Shown here: positions 39,461 to 49,549 of the stretch, piece by piece | Numbering within the stretch: the stretch's first letter is position 1 | Layout: every line of letters begins with the position of its first letter | NCBI GenBank assembly: GCA_965207885.1 | Contig: OZ242311.1 | Coordinates: 2,912,001-2,976,000 of the forward strand | Source of the DNA: Candidatus Latescibacterota bacterium | GTDB taxonomy: Bacteria; Latescibacterota; UBA2968 | Length of the DNA stretch: 64,000 nt | Direction of reading: 5' to 3' | Position numbers and translations under genes: made by a program | Notes under the pieces: model-generated | Seen by the model: the letters and a program-made list of their open reading frames with translations, nothing else | What the model was told of the DNA's origin: nothing | Databases searched by the model: none

Positions 39461-41822
39461 ATGTTTTTAAAATTATTAAAATCAAAATGGGTGCTGGGTG
39501 CGACCTTCGCTTTATTTTGTATTTTTAGCCCAATCACTTTGAAAGCGTCACTGCCCGATTTTGATGGGAATGGCAAAGTCGATTTTGCCGATTTTCTACT
39601 TTTTGTAGCTGTATTTGGGCAATCGGCTGCTGGGCAAAATGCGATTTTCGACCTGGACACAAGTGGAACAGTTGATTTTGGAGATTTTTTAATTTTTGCC
39701 AGTGCATTTGGGCAACCCGTCTCTGATCCTGTTCGAGGTGTTAGTACTCAGGGTTTTGCAACGCAAACAATTTCCAATCTGCTCGATTGTCCCGGGGGGC
39801 GTATAAGTCGTGTGGGGACCATTACATCTGACGATGGCAATGTGTGGATTATGCCTGCCGAGACGCAATACACAACCGCAAGACATGCATCGGACATGTA
39901 TAACCAATGCACAGGTATTTTCACTTCCAATAGCAGTGCTCTCAATTTGTCGGCTGTGCCAGTCGTAGAGATCGATCAAGATGGTGAGACGATTACGGGA
40001 TATATCTTTGCTGACAATTACTTTGAATTGTATGTGAACGGTATCTTGATCGCGGTTGATGCAGTTCCGTTCACCCCGTTTAATTCGAGCATGGTTCGGT
40101 TTAAGGTTAAGCGGCCATTTACGATTGCAATGAAGCTGGTTGATTGGGAAGAGAATTTGGGGCTTGGTACAGAAGCTAATCGCAATTTTTTACACCATCC
40201 GGGAGATGGTGGTCTGGTCGCGAGTTTTCACGATGCCAATGGAAATACTATTGCAATTACAAATGATCAATGGAAAGCGCAGACTTTCTATATTGCACCC
40301 ATTAGAGATTTGAGCTGTATTGTCGAGAAGGAGACCGAGCATTTGTCCGGCGACTGTGACACGCGTGGTACAAATGATGGGAGTCTATTTTACGCAATGC
40401 ACTATCCCGTCCCATCGAACTGGTACGATAGCGACTTTGATGATTCGGCCTGGCCACGGGCATATACTTATACAAATGCGACAGTTGGTGTGAACAATAA
40501 ACCCGCATTAAAGTACACGACAAAAAATAAAAGACCTGTGCAAAACGTGAAAAAGAGTTAGGTTTGAATGTGTGAAAACGAACCTTCTCATCTCAACAAG
40601 GCACAGGTCTATGTCTCGTCAAGTTATACAACTTCACCATGTATTGCAAGGCCATTTTGGGTGGCATAAAGCACGCATCACTTTCACAGCGGCCTTCATC
40701 TTGTCTTTGGTCAAGCTGAGCAGGGTCAACTTCGCCAAATTGGCTAATGCGCTAAATGGACAGGTCAAACCGCAATCAAATTACCGCAGGATACAGCGTT
40801 TTTTCGCTGAGTTTGACATTCCTTATGAAGCCGTGACGCGACTGATCTTGCACTTATTACCTATAAAGACCGATTTTGCAGTCTCAATAGATCGCACTAA
40901 TTGGAAGTTAGGCAAATTCAATATCAACATCCTAACCGCAGGCATTATCTATGAAGGGGTCGCCTTTCCTATGTGTTGGCACTTGTTAAAAAAACGAGGC
41001 AATTCCAATAGTGATGAGCGTATCAATTTGATGAAACAGGTGCTTACGCGCATTCCCAAGTCTCATATCCGCGTTGTATTGGCAGATAGAGAATTCATTG
41101 GAAGAGAATGGTTTGCGTGGTTAGACACACAAAACATCCCTTTTGTCATCCGCATCAAGGAAAATGCCCTTGTCTCAAGGGCAGATAGAGAGATACCCAT
41201 AAAAAAACTCTTTGAAAATTTGCACATCCATCAGCAGGTCAGCCTACAAAGACCTCGCCGCGTTTATGACCTACCTGTGTATGTGTCTGCGCTAAGATTG
41301 AAGGATCAATACCTCATTCTTGCAAGCAACCAACAACGTCAAGTCGCATTGGAGGTGTATAAAAAACGTTGGGGCATTGAAGTCCTTTTTGCAAATTTGA
41401 AAAGTCGAGGATTTAATCTGGAAGAGACCCACCTTATACATCAAGATCGCATTGAAAAACTCATCGCGCTTTTGGCTATTGCCTGCACCTGGGCCCATAT
41501 CATCGGCGAATGGATCGCCCTTACAAAACCTTTGAAGGTCAAAAACCACGGACGGATGGAAAAAAGTCTCTTCCGATATGGGTTGGACTATTTGCAGTAT
41601 GTCCTGCTCAATATACACCAACAAGCCCAGCAGTTCCTCAAATGCATTCGTTTACTGATTAATCCGCCAGATTTTAACCCGATTTAGGTTTTGTCGTGTA
41701 CTATGCCCGCATATACAAATTTTACGGATCTATTTGATAATCCTGAGCACGATGCACAATTTATATGGTCATCGAATCTCATTTTGGACAATGAAGTGAT
41801 TGTGAGATATACCGTAAAGTAG
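39461..41822 (+). pseudogene. Secreted dockerin-tagged protein interrupted by IS4
   Basis: Removing 40509-41712 restores ...GVNNKPA-YTNFTDLFDN...VRYTVK* in frame. Confidence 0.85.
40509..41705 (+). mobile_element. IS4-family element
   Basis: IR core AGTACACGACAAAA at both ends; 7-bp direct repeat CCCGCAT (40502-40508, 41706-41712); transposase 40572-41687 with IDRTNW, ADREFIG, YKKRWGIEVLF. Confidence 0.92.
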
Positions 41823-41843
41823 TGTTATGGAGGAATTGGACCA

Positions 41844-43268
41844 ATGAAGCGTAGAGAGTTTCTCGGTGTCGTCGGTGCTGGTGTCTGTGGGGTGGCGGTG
41901 GCCAATGCGTTTGGTCAAATTACGTCTAAGCGTTCCAAACAACCCAATTTTATTTTTATGGTTTCTGACGATCAGGGGTGGGATGGCCTTTCGGTGCAGA
42001 TGCACGATGCAGTTGCTGGCTCAAAGAGCGACTTTTATCAGACGCCTAATCTCGAGAAATTGGCACAACAGGGCATGCGTTTTTCGGCTGCTTATTCGCC
42101 TGCACCCGTCTGTGCGCCAACGCGATGCAGCCTTCAAACGGGCAAGAGTCCGGCAAAGAACCACTGGACAACGGTAGCCCCTCTCCAGGGTGCCGCGGAG
42201 AACCATAAACTCGTCCCGCCGATACATGGCAGAAATCTTGCCAAGGGTGAGACGACGATTGCCGAAATGTTGAAACAGGCTGGTTATGCCACGGCACATT
42301 ATGGCAAATGGCATCTCGGTGGTGGTGGTCCTGGAAATCACGGGTATGACGTACACGATGGAAATACGGGGAATCAGGATGCGGCGCCTCATGTCGATCC
42401 CAATCCGGTGGATATTTTCGGTATGTCCAGACGTGCGAATGCGCTTATGGAAGAGAATACGAAAGCCGGTAAGCCGTTCTTTATTCAGCTATCTTATTAT
42501 GCCCTGCACTATCCTCAGAATGCACTGGCAAGTACGCGGCAGGCATATGAAAATCGACTGAGAGGGCGCAGCTATCGAGAGATCAACCGTGCAGCCATTA
42601 CTGAAGATCTCGACACAGGTGTGGGTATGGTCATGGATCAAGTTGAGAAACTCGGCATAGGTGATCACACGTATCTGATTTACATGTCGGATAATGGTGC
42701 TGGCGGAAGAGGTCGGGGTATGTTGCGCGGTGGAAAAGGGTCTTTGTGGGAGGGAGGCATTCGCGTGCCGTTGATCATTCAGGGACCTGGTATAGAGCCA
42801 AATACGTTTTGTGATGAACGCGTGGTCGGTTTTGATCTATTTCCCACGCTTTGCGAACTGGGAGGCGTGAGCCCGCCGTTGCCAGTGGGTATTGAGGGGG
42901 GGAGTATCACATCGTTATTATCTGGTGGCGAGGGTGTGGTGGAGAGACCTCGTGAGGAGCTTGTGTTTCATTTTCCGCATTATCAAAGTGGGGATGGCCC
43001 ACATTCGGCAATCATGTTGGGCGATTACAAGCTGATCAAACTTTATGAGACCGATAAATTGCACCTGTTTGATCTGAGTAAGGATATAGGTGAGGAGAAT
43101 GACTTAGCAGATCGTAAACCAGAAGTTGTTGAGAAATTGCACGACCGACTGAATGAATATTTAGTATCTGTTGATGCCCAAATGCCCCAGCCCAATCCGT
43201 ATTACGATCCGAGTTGGCCGGTCGGCGGGCGAAGGGGGAGAAATAATCGGAGGAGAAGAACGCAGTAG
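41844..43268 (+). CDS. Tat-exported sulfatase (paralog of the 35087 gene, Arg-rich tail)
   Basis: KRREFL; CAPTR; GKWHLG. Confidence 0.92.
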   Translation: MKRREFLGVVGAGVCGVAVANAFGQITSKRSKQPNFIFMVSDDQGWDGLSVQMHDAVAGSKSDFYQTPNLEKLAQQGMRFSAAYSPAPVCAPTRCSLQTGKSPAKNHWTTVAPLQGAAENHKLVPPIHGRNLAKGETTIAEMLKQAGYATAHYGKWHLGGGGPGNHGYDVHDGNTGNQDAAPHVDPNPVDIFGMSRRANALMEENTKAGKPFFIQLSYYALHYPQNALASTRQAYENRLRGRSYREINRAAITEDLDTGVGMVMDQVEKLGIGDHTYLIYMSDNGAGGRGRGMLRGGKGSLWEGGIRVPLIIQGPGIEPNTFCDERVVGFDLFPTLCELGGVSPPLPVGIEGGSITSLLSGGEGVVERPREELVFHFPHYQSGDGPHSAIMLGDYKLIKLYETDKLHLFDLSKDIGEENDLADRKPEVVEKLHDRLNEYLVSVDAQMPQPNPYYDPSWPVGGRRGRNNRRRRTQ

Positions 43269-43750
43269 TCTTTGTCCTTCTATCCACTTCATCTATCATA
43301 GGTATTACGTCAACGCCTTTAAAGCGTCCTTATGCCATTAAAAGACAGGCTAACACGCTACGCTGCGCCAACTTGCGCGGCGTATTCTTTTTTAAAAACG
43401 GACTTACGCAATCAACCACAAAAAAACGCAAGTGAACGATGTACAACTGCGTAGCAGTTCATTTGAGCGTTTTACAGCGCGGCGGACAGATGGGCAAGTG
43501 GTACATATCTTTCACATTACCGCCCATTCATCGCTCAAAATGTGCAGAGACTGTTCTGAGCCAAATAGACAATCCTTAAATTCAAGTTGAAAAAAAGGGC
43601 GCAATACAGCATATTGAAGGCATAATAAGGGTATTTGATGCTGTCCATACCATTTGTCGTGCGATTCTGTGACATTGGCCTGATATTTGCTTGAGTTCTG
43701 ATTGTTGCGTTTGTCCAAAATACGACCAACCCTCAGACCAGACATCTCAC

Positions 43751-44701
43751 ATGGCAGAATTCGATACGATATCCAAACACCTGATTCAGAAATATCCCGA
43801 CGACTTTGCCAGCTTCACCCTCGGGAGCGAGGACATTGAAGTTCTTGCTGTCATTGACACAGAGCAATACACTGTTGAAGCACGCCAGACCGATAGCCTG
43901 ATTCGCGTGCGTATGGGTGACGAGGAGGTATTGGTCCACAACGAGTTTCAAACCACTGACAGCACCAATCCTCCTATGCCACGCCGCATGGCGGGCTATA
44001 TTGGACATGCTATTCGGCAACACGGCCTGCCGATATATTCCAATGTCATCTACCTGCGTCCGGATGCAGGGCAACGCGATCTCGGGTACTATGTCCAGGA
44101 GCATCTCGACTACGAAATCACGATTCGGTATCGCGTGATCAGACTGATTGAGATAGAAGGCGAGCGTGTCCTCAGTGCGGGGCAATCGGGCCTGATCCCA
44201 TTCACGCCATTGATGAAGCCACCTGAAGGGATGGCCTCGGATGTATGGTTGCATCAGTGTATTCACACGGCTCGGACGCGCCCCATCATTCGGTCATCCA
44301 GGGCCGATTATCTCGCAGGTATGGTGGCGTTGAGCGAATTGGTATATGAGTCTGAAGTCATTTCTGCTATTATTTTACAGGAGGGCATCATGGACTTGAT
44401 CCGCGAATCATCTCTTTTTCAATCCCTTACCCAGAAAAGCCGAGAGGAAAGTTTTGAACAGGGCAGAGAGGAAGGCAGAGAGGAGGGCATTGAGCAAGGC
44501 ATTGAGCAAGGGGGTAGAGAACGCGCTATTGAGGATATCCTCGACGTGCTGGAGATTCGATTTGATCTCCGCCAGATAGATCCCTTATCTGCTCGCATTT
44601 CAGCTATTGAAGATTTACAACGCCTCAAGCAGTTGCACCGTGCGGCGATACAGGTGTCCAATCTTGATGAATTTGAACGCATGTTAGATTCAACGACGTG
44701 A
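43751..44701 (+). CDS. Rpn-family PD-(D/E)XK nuclease (putative transposase)
   Basis: TDSL...HNEFQT..MPRRMAGY; EQG/EEG repeats; helical C-terminal domain. Confidence 0.82.
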   Translation: MAEFDTISKHLIQKYPDDFASFTLGSEDIEVLAVIDTEQYTVEARQTDSLIRVRMGDEEVLVHNEFQTTDSTNPPMPRRMAGYIGHAIRQHGLPIYSNVIYLRPDAGQRDLGYYVQEHLDYEITIRYRVIRLIEIEGERVLSAGQSGLIPFTPLMKPPEGMASDVWLHQCIHTARTRPIIRSSRADYLAGMVALSELVYESEVISAIILQEGIMDLIRESSLFQSLTQKSREESFEQGREEGREEGIEQGIEQGGRERAIEDILDVLEIRFDLRQIDPLSARISAIEDLQRLKQLHRAAIQVSNLDEFERMLDSTT

Positions 44702-44702
44702 T

Positions 44703-46421
44703 ATGAAAAAAATATCATCCATCCCAATTTACACCATCGGTTACGGTAGCCGTTCCATTGAGCAATTCATCGAAGTACTACAACAACATGAAATTGCCTA
44801 CCTTATTGATGTGCGCTCAACTCCCTATTCTCGCTATAAACCCGAATTTTCCAAAGAGGCACTGGAGGTGAAGCTGCAACAGCACCAGATTCGGTATGTG
44901 TTCATGGGGGACACGTTGGGCGGGCATCCCGATGACGAAACTTGTTATGATGCGAAAGGGCAGGTGGATTACGAAAAGGTAAAGGAGATCGAAGTCTATC
45001 AGATGGGAATTGAACGTCTCCAAACAGCCTTTGCTCAACAACAATGTATTGCTCTCATGTGTAGCGAGGGAAAACCGGAACACTGCCATCGAAGCAAACT
45101 CATCGGAGCATCGCTCACGGCTCAGGATCTCCCCGTGATTCATATTGACGAAAACGACGAGCAGCAGACGCAGGATGACGTTATTGAGCGTCTGACAAAA
45201 GGACAAATGCTTCTGTCAGCCCAAGAGGTGCTCAAAGACGTTTTTGGGTATGAACAGTTCCGACCTTTGCAGGAGACAATAATCAGCCACATTCTCAACC
45301 GGCACGATGCGCTGATCGTTCTGCCAACGGGGGGTGGGAAGTCACTCTGCTATCAACTGCCCGCCCTTATCTTCAATGGCGTAACGGTTGTCGTATCTCC
45401 GTTGATTTCGCTTATGCAAGACCAGGTAATGCAGTTGCAACAGCGGGATGTTTGCGCCGCTTTTCTCAACAGTACCCTTAGCCAGCGAGAATATGTTGCC
45501 ACAATGCAGCGTGTCAAAAGGGGTGAAATTAAGCTACTTTACGTTGCGCCTGAAACGCTCCTGCGACCTGAGATTTTGTTGATGCTCGATGAGTCACATG
45601 TAGCCTGCCTTGCAATTGATGAAGCACACTGTATTTCACAGTGGGGCCACGATTTTCGTCCAGAGTATCGACAACTGGTTTCCGTTCGTGAACGATTCAG
45701 GAACGCTGTCTGCGTCGCGCTGACAGCTACTGCCACGCCACGGGTTCAGCAGGACATTAAACAATTGCTCAAAATTCAGGTGGAAAATGAATTCATTGCC
45801 AGTTTTGACCGGAAAAATCTCTTCATGGGTATTGAATTGAAAGAGGCGGTGCTACAGCAGACGCTTGCATTTCTCAATACCCATCGTGATGAATCCGGTA
45901 TCATCTATTGCCAGACGAAGAAACAAGTTGAATCGCTGTTTCGCAATTTAATTGAACGTGGGATTCCGGCACTTCCTTATCATGCAGACCTGGATAGCGA
46001 AACCCGCAAGCAGAATCAGGAAGCTTTCATCAACGGGGACATTCAGGTGATAGTTGCAACAATTGCTTTTGGAATGGGGATTGATAAAGAAGATGTACGT
46101 TTCATACTACATATAGGATTGCCAAAGGAACCTGAGTCTTACTATCAGGAGATTGGACGTGCTGGCCGAGATGGACATCAAGCGGATTGCCTTTTACTGT
46201 TCAATCACGGCGACGTTGACACCATCAAATATTTCATAGATCAAGGTGCGCCATCTGAACGAGAAGGAGCTTTGAAACGATTACAGACGCTTGTTGATTG
46301 GGCGACTTCTGCAGCGTGTCGCCGCAAAGGATTATTGGCTTATTTCGGAGATCATTACGAAGAACAAAATTGTGGAATGTGTGATAACTGTCGCCAGGCG
46401 GAAATGGAGCGAGTTGACCTA
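44703..46421 (+). pseudogene. recQ: DUF488-RecQ helicase fusion, truncated by the IS
   Basis: YTIGY..DVRS..CSE..CHR; PTGGGKSLCYQ; DEAHCISQWGHDFRP; QEIGRAGRDG; CGMCDNC, then the IS. Confidence 0.85.
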
Positions 46422-47358
46422 GGTAGTGTCTGAAAAGTCGTAAAGTATGTATTTTAGTTGCAGCATACGCCCTAAACCAAGGAGTATGATATGCAACGGA
46501 GATATGAACTGCGCGACGAGGCTTGGCATCTGATCCAAGACCTGTTCCCACCGCCGAAGAAGATGGGTCGTCCCCGTCGGGATGATCGTACATTATTCAA
46601 CGGGATCTTCTGGATATTGTGTTCAGGTGCAGCTTGGCGCGACCTGCCAGAACGATATGGTCCTTGGCAGACAGCCTTTGACCGATTCTGCAAATGGAAA
46701 CAGGATGGCACCTTTGATCGCATTGTAGAAAAGCTACATCTCAAATTGGGTGAAGATGGTCTTTTAGATTATGCGACCTGGATGATGGATGCAACCCATA
46801 TTCGAGCCACACAAGCCGCGGCAGGAGCGAAAAAAAAAGGGCAAAAAGGGTGAAGAAGAGCCCCCAGATCACGCTTTAGGACGCTCTCGTGGCGGTTTGA
46901 CCACGAAAATCCATCTTCTTTGCGATGCAGTCGGGCATCCTTTAGCAGTGGATCTTCTCCCTGGTAACCAGTCAGAATCCACACAGGCTGAAAGGCTACT
47001 GTCAAAGGTATGCATACCCACCAAACGAGGGCGTCCAAGAAACCGACCCAAGTATCTGGTAGCTGATAAATCTTATGATGTCTCACGCATCAGAGTCTAT
47101 CTACGCAAACGGGGTATCAAGGCTGCTATCCCAAACAAGGCGATTCCCAAAGGCAGAAAACGGCGTAAGAGAGGACCACGGCCTAAGTGTGATAAAAGAT
47201 TATATGCCAAACGCAATATCGTGGAGCGTCTCTTTGGTTGGCTTAAACACTGCCGACGGATTGTGACCCGATTTGAAAAAAAGGCGACTCATTTTCTCAC
47301 TATGGTCAAGCTGGCCTGTATCAGACAACTCTTCAAAGCTTACTTTTCAGACACTACC
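46422..47358 (+). mobile_element. IS5-family element, copy 2 (inverted relative to copy 1)
   Basis: 937 bp; same IRs and same protein sequences; A9G slippery site at 46830-46839. Confidence 0.93.
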
Positions 47359-47361
47359 TAA

Positions 47362-47611
47362 AGAATTCGATCTGGATAGATACAACGATTCTCCGTATGG
47401 CATCACGTATGCGAACAACCGATTCTATGTGGTTGATCGGCCAGATGCTAAGGTCTATGTGTACACCAGTGACGGACAGCGGGTGGCAGAGGCAGACTTT
47501 TTTTTGGATATCGGCAACGGTTATCCGAGTGGTATCACATATGCGAACAACCGACTCTATGTGGTTGATTCGGAGAATAAGAAGGTCTATGTGTACACGG
47601 GTTCCGAATAA
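47362..47611 (+). pseudogene. 3' fragment of an NHL/beta-propeller repeat protein
   Basis: Two 44-aa repeats PxGITYANNRxYVVD....KVYVYT (132-bp period). Confidence 0.7.
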
Positions 47612-47623
47612 AACATCGGAGGA

Positions 47624-49399
47624 ATGAATAGGAGAGTACATGGCCCGAACGTTCTTATTTTTTTTATTCTCACAGCGCCCGCCCGTGCAGATACAATAAT
47701 ACCAGGTATTGAAAGCGTCTTGTACGAAGTCTATCAGGACTGGCAATCTCAAAAATATGCTCGTGCGAAACAGACGCTCAATCAATACGATACTGAATTG
47801 GTGCAATCCAATAGGGTTATAGTTACACTTGAACCCGATTCAATAGGGCACTCTAAAACAATCAATACTGACGAACTCGAAGAAATCCAAGCCAAGATTC
47901 TGGCACGTTCTCGAAGCCTCTTAAGAGTCTCTGTACCGATACCCAAGCTCCCGAGACTGACACAAGTTTCAGGCGTCAATTTGGTACGAACACCGATGCG
48001 TCCGATATTAAACGCGGTTGAAGGCGAAGGTTTCCAGTTGATTCAGGCATTAAAATTTCATAATGCTGGACACATGGGCGAAGGGGTGAAAATTGCTGTT
48101 TTAGACGGAGGATATGCTAAATCTCAAGAAGCACAGTCTAATGGCGACCTCCCACCAAATTTCAGTGTCATAGGTTATTCGCCGAACAATGAGCGCCATG
48201 GAACCGGTTGTGCCGAAATTATTTATGACATAGTGCCTGAAGCGTTGTTATTACCATTTCAATATGATGATTTTCTGGAGTTTGAAAACGCAGTTGACAC
48301 AGCAATCCAAAACGACATAGATATTATCTCTTATTCTGGTGGATGGGTTGATGGTTGGGGTGACGGTAAGGGACGGTCTTGTGAGATTGTAAAACGTGCG
48401 TATCAGAACGGGATTTTATGGGTTAATGGCATTGGGAATGAAGCCAAAAATTTCTATCGCGGACGCTTTCAAAGTACCGATGGCGACAGAGATCATGACT
48501 TTGGAGGTGAATACGATGCGATTCAGATCAAGAATGTCAGCGTGGGAGATGAGATTCGTATAGCTTTGGTGTGGGATGACTTTCCTCGGACTTCAGAAGA
48601 CTATGACATGTATCTGTGGAAGTCAGTATTGGGAAGCAATGCGAGAGTTGACAGGTCTATAACGACGCAAAGAAATTCAAAACCGTTTGAGTCTATTGAA
48701 TATACTGTTACAGATGCGGGACTCTTTACAAGCTATCATATTCAAATTGTAAAATCTGCTTCTGCTCGACCTATGGACTTTAAAATTATCAGCCTAAATC
48801 ACAACTTATCAGAAGAATTTGTCACGCCTCGTGGGTCTCTTATTAACCCTTCTGATTCCGAGTATGCTGTATCGGTGGGAGCTATCAGATCGAGTCGATA
48901 TATTTATGGGCCTCAAGAAGATTACAGCTCGCAAGGTCCTACAATGGACGGCAGAATAAAGCCTGATATCATGGGGCCAACAGGCGTGAAAACGTATGCT
49001 TACGGCTCACAGGGTTTTCATGGAACCTCCGCCGCAACTCCGCATGTTGCTGGCGCAGCAGCGTTGATACTCTCGGCGAATTCCGAATTAACGGTTTCGG
49101 AACTTCGCAACAAATTGTTTGAGGCTACAGTTGACATGGGAAGCCCTGGGAAGGACAATATTTATGGTCATGGCCGATTGGATTTATCGCCGATAGATAT
49201 AACGCCTCCTGTCTTTCATGCAGGAGATTTTGACGGCGATTTGGATGTAGATATTTTAGATTTGTTGGCTTTTTCAGAGGTCTATGGGCTTACGTCGTCA
49301 GACCCGAATTATGATGCCCGTATGGATATGGACAACAATGGTGTCATTGATGTGTTAGACCTTCTGCTGTTTGCGGAAGTTTATGGAAAAACGTACTAA
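47624..49399 (+). CDS. S8 subtilase with C-terminal dockerin-like tag
   Basis: IAVLDGG; HGTGCA; GTSAATPHVAG; DFDGDLDVDILDL..DMDNNGVIDVLDL. Confidence 0.88.
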   Translation: MNRRVHGPNVLIFFILTAPARADTIIPGIESVLYEVYQDWQSQKYARAKQTLNQYDTELVQSNRVIVTLEPDSIGHSKTINTDELEEIQAKILARSRSLLRVSVPIPKLPRLTQVSGVNLVRTPMRPILNAVEGEGFQLIQALKFHNAGHMGEGVKIAVLDGGYAKSQEAQSNGDLPPNFSVIGYSPNNERHGTGCAEIIYDIVPEALLLPFQYDDFLEFENAVDTAIQNDIDIISYSGGWVDGWGDGKGRSCEIVKRAYQNGILWVNGIGNEAKNFYRGRFQSTDGDRDHDFGGEYDAIQIKNVSVGDEIRIALVWDDFPRTSEDYDMYLWKSVLGSNARVDRSITTQRNSKPFESIEYTVTDAGLFTSYHIQIVKSASARPMDFKIISLNHNLSEEFVTPRGSLINPSDSEYAVSVGAIRSSRYIYGPQEDYSSQGPTMDGRIKPDIMGPTGVKTYAYGSQGFHGTSAATPHVAGAAALILSANSELTVSELRNKLFEATVDMGSPGKDNIYGHGRLDLSPIDITPPVFHAGDFDGDLDVDILDLLAFSEVYGLTSSDPNYDARMDMDNNGVIDVLDLLLFAEVYGKTY

Positions 49400-49421
49400 G
49401 GATAGCCCGATGTTCACCAAA

Positions 49422-49497
49422 CAAATACCCCTGTCTGATTATTTTGGACAGGGGGTATTTGCCTGCCCGCCTATCTGCTGACAGGCAGCGGGCGGGC
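49422..49497. terminator. Bidirectional terminator plus a second GC hairpin
   Basis: CAAATACCCCTGTC/GACAGGGGGTATTTG between convergent genes; then GCCTGCCCGC/GCGGGCGGGC. Confidence 0.7.
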
Positions 49498-49549
49498 GTG
49501 ATGGCGCGATCACAGATCGCCCATTTCAATTTATCTTATTGGTTCGCCT

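Noticed and set aside
43398-43460. ACGGACTTACGCA and a small AACTGC/GCAGTT hairpin, like a MITE/REP end
   Set aside because: No inverted partner or second copy was seen in the window.
44455-44515. 12-bp tandem repeats (also at 49645-49680)
   Set aside because: They encode the EEG/EQG repeats typical of Rpn proteins and are not a separate DNA element.
34662-47370. Inversion between the IS copies as the explanation of their flanks
   Set aside because: Inverting would join an NTase to propeller repeats and leave recQ incomplete; no gene is restored.
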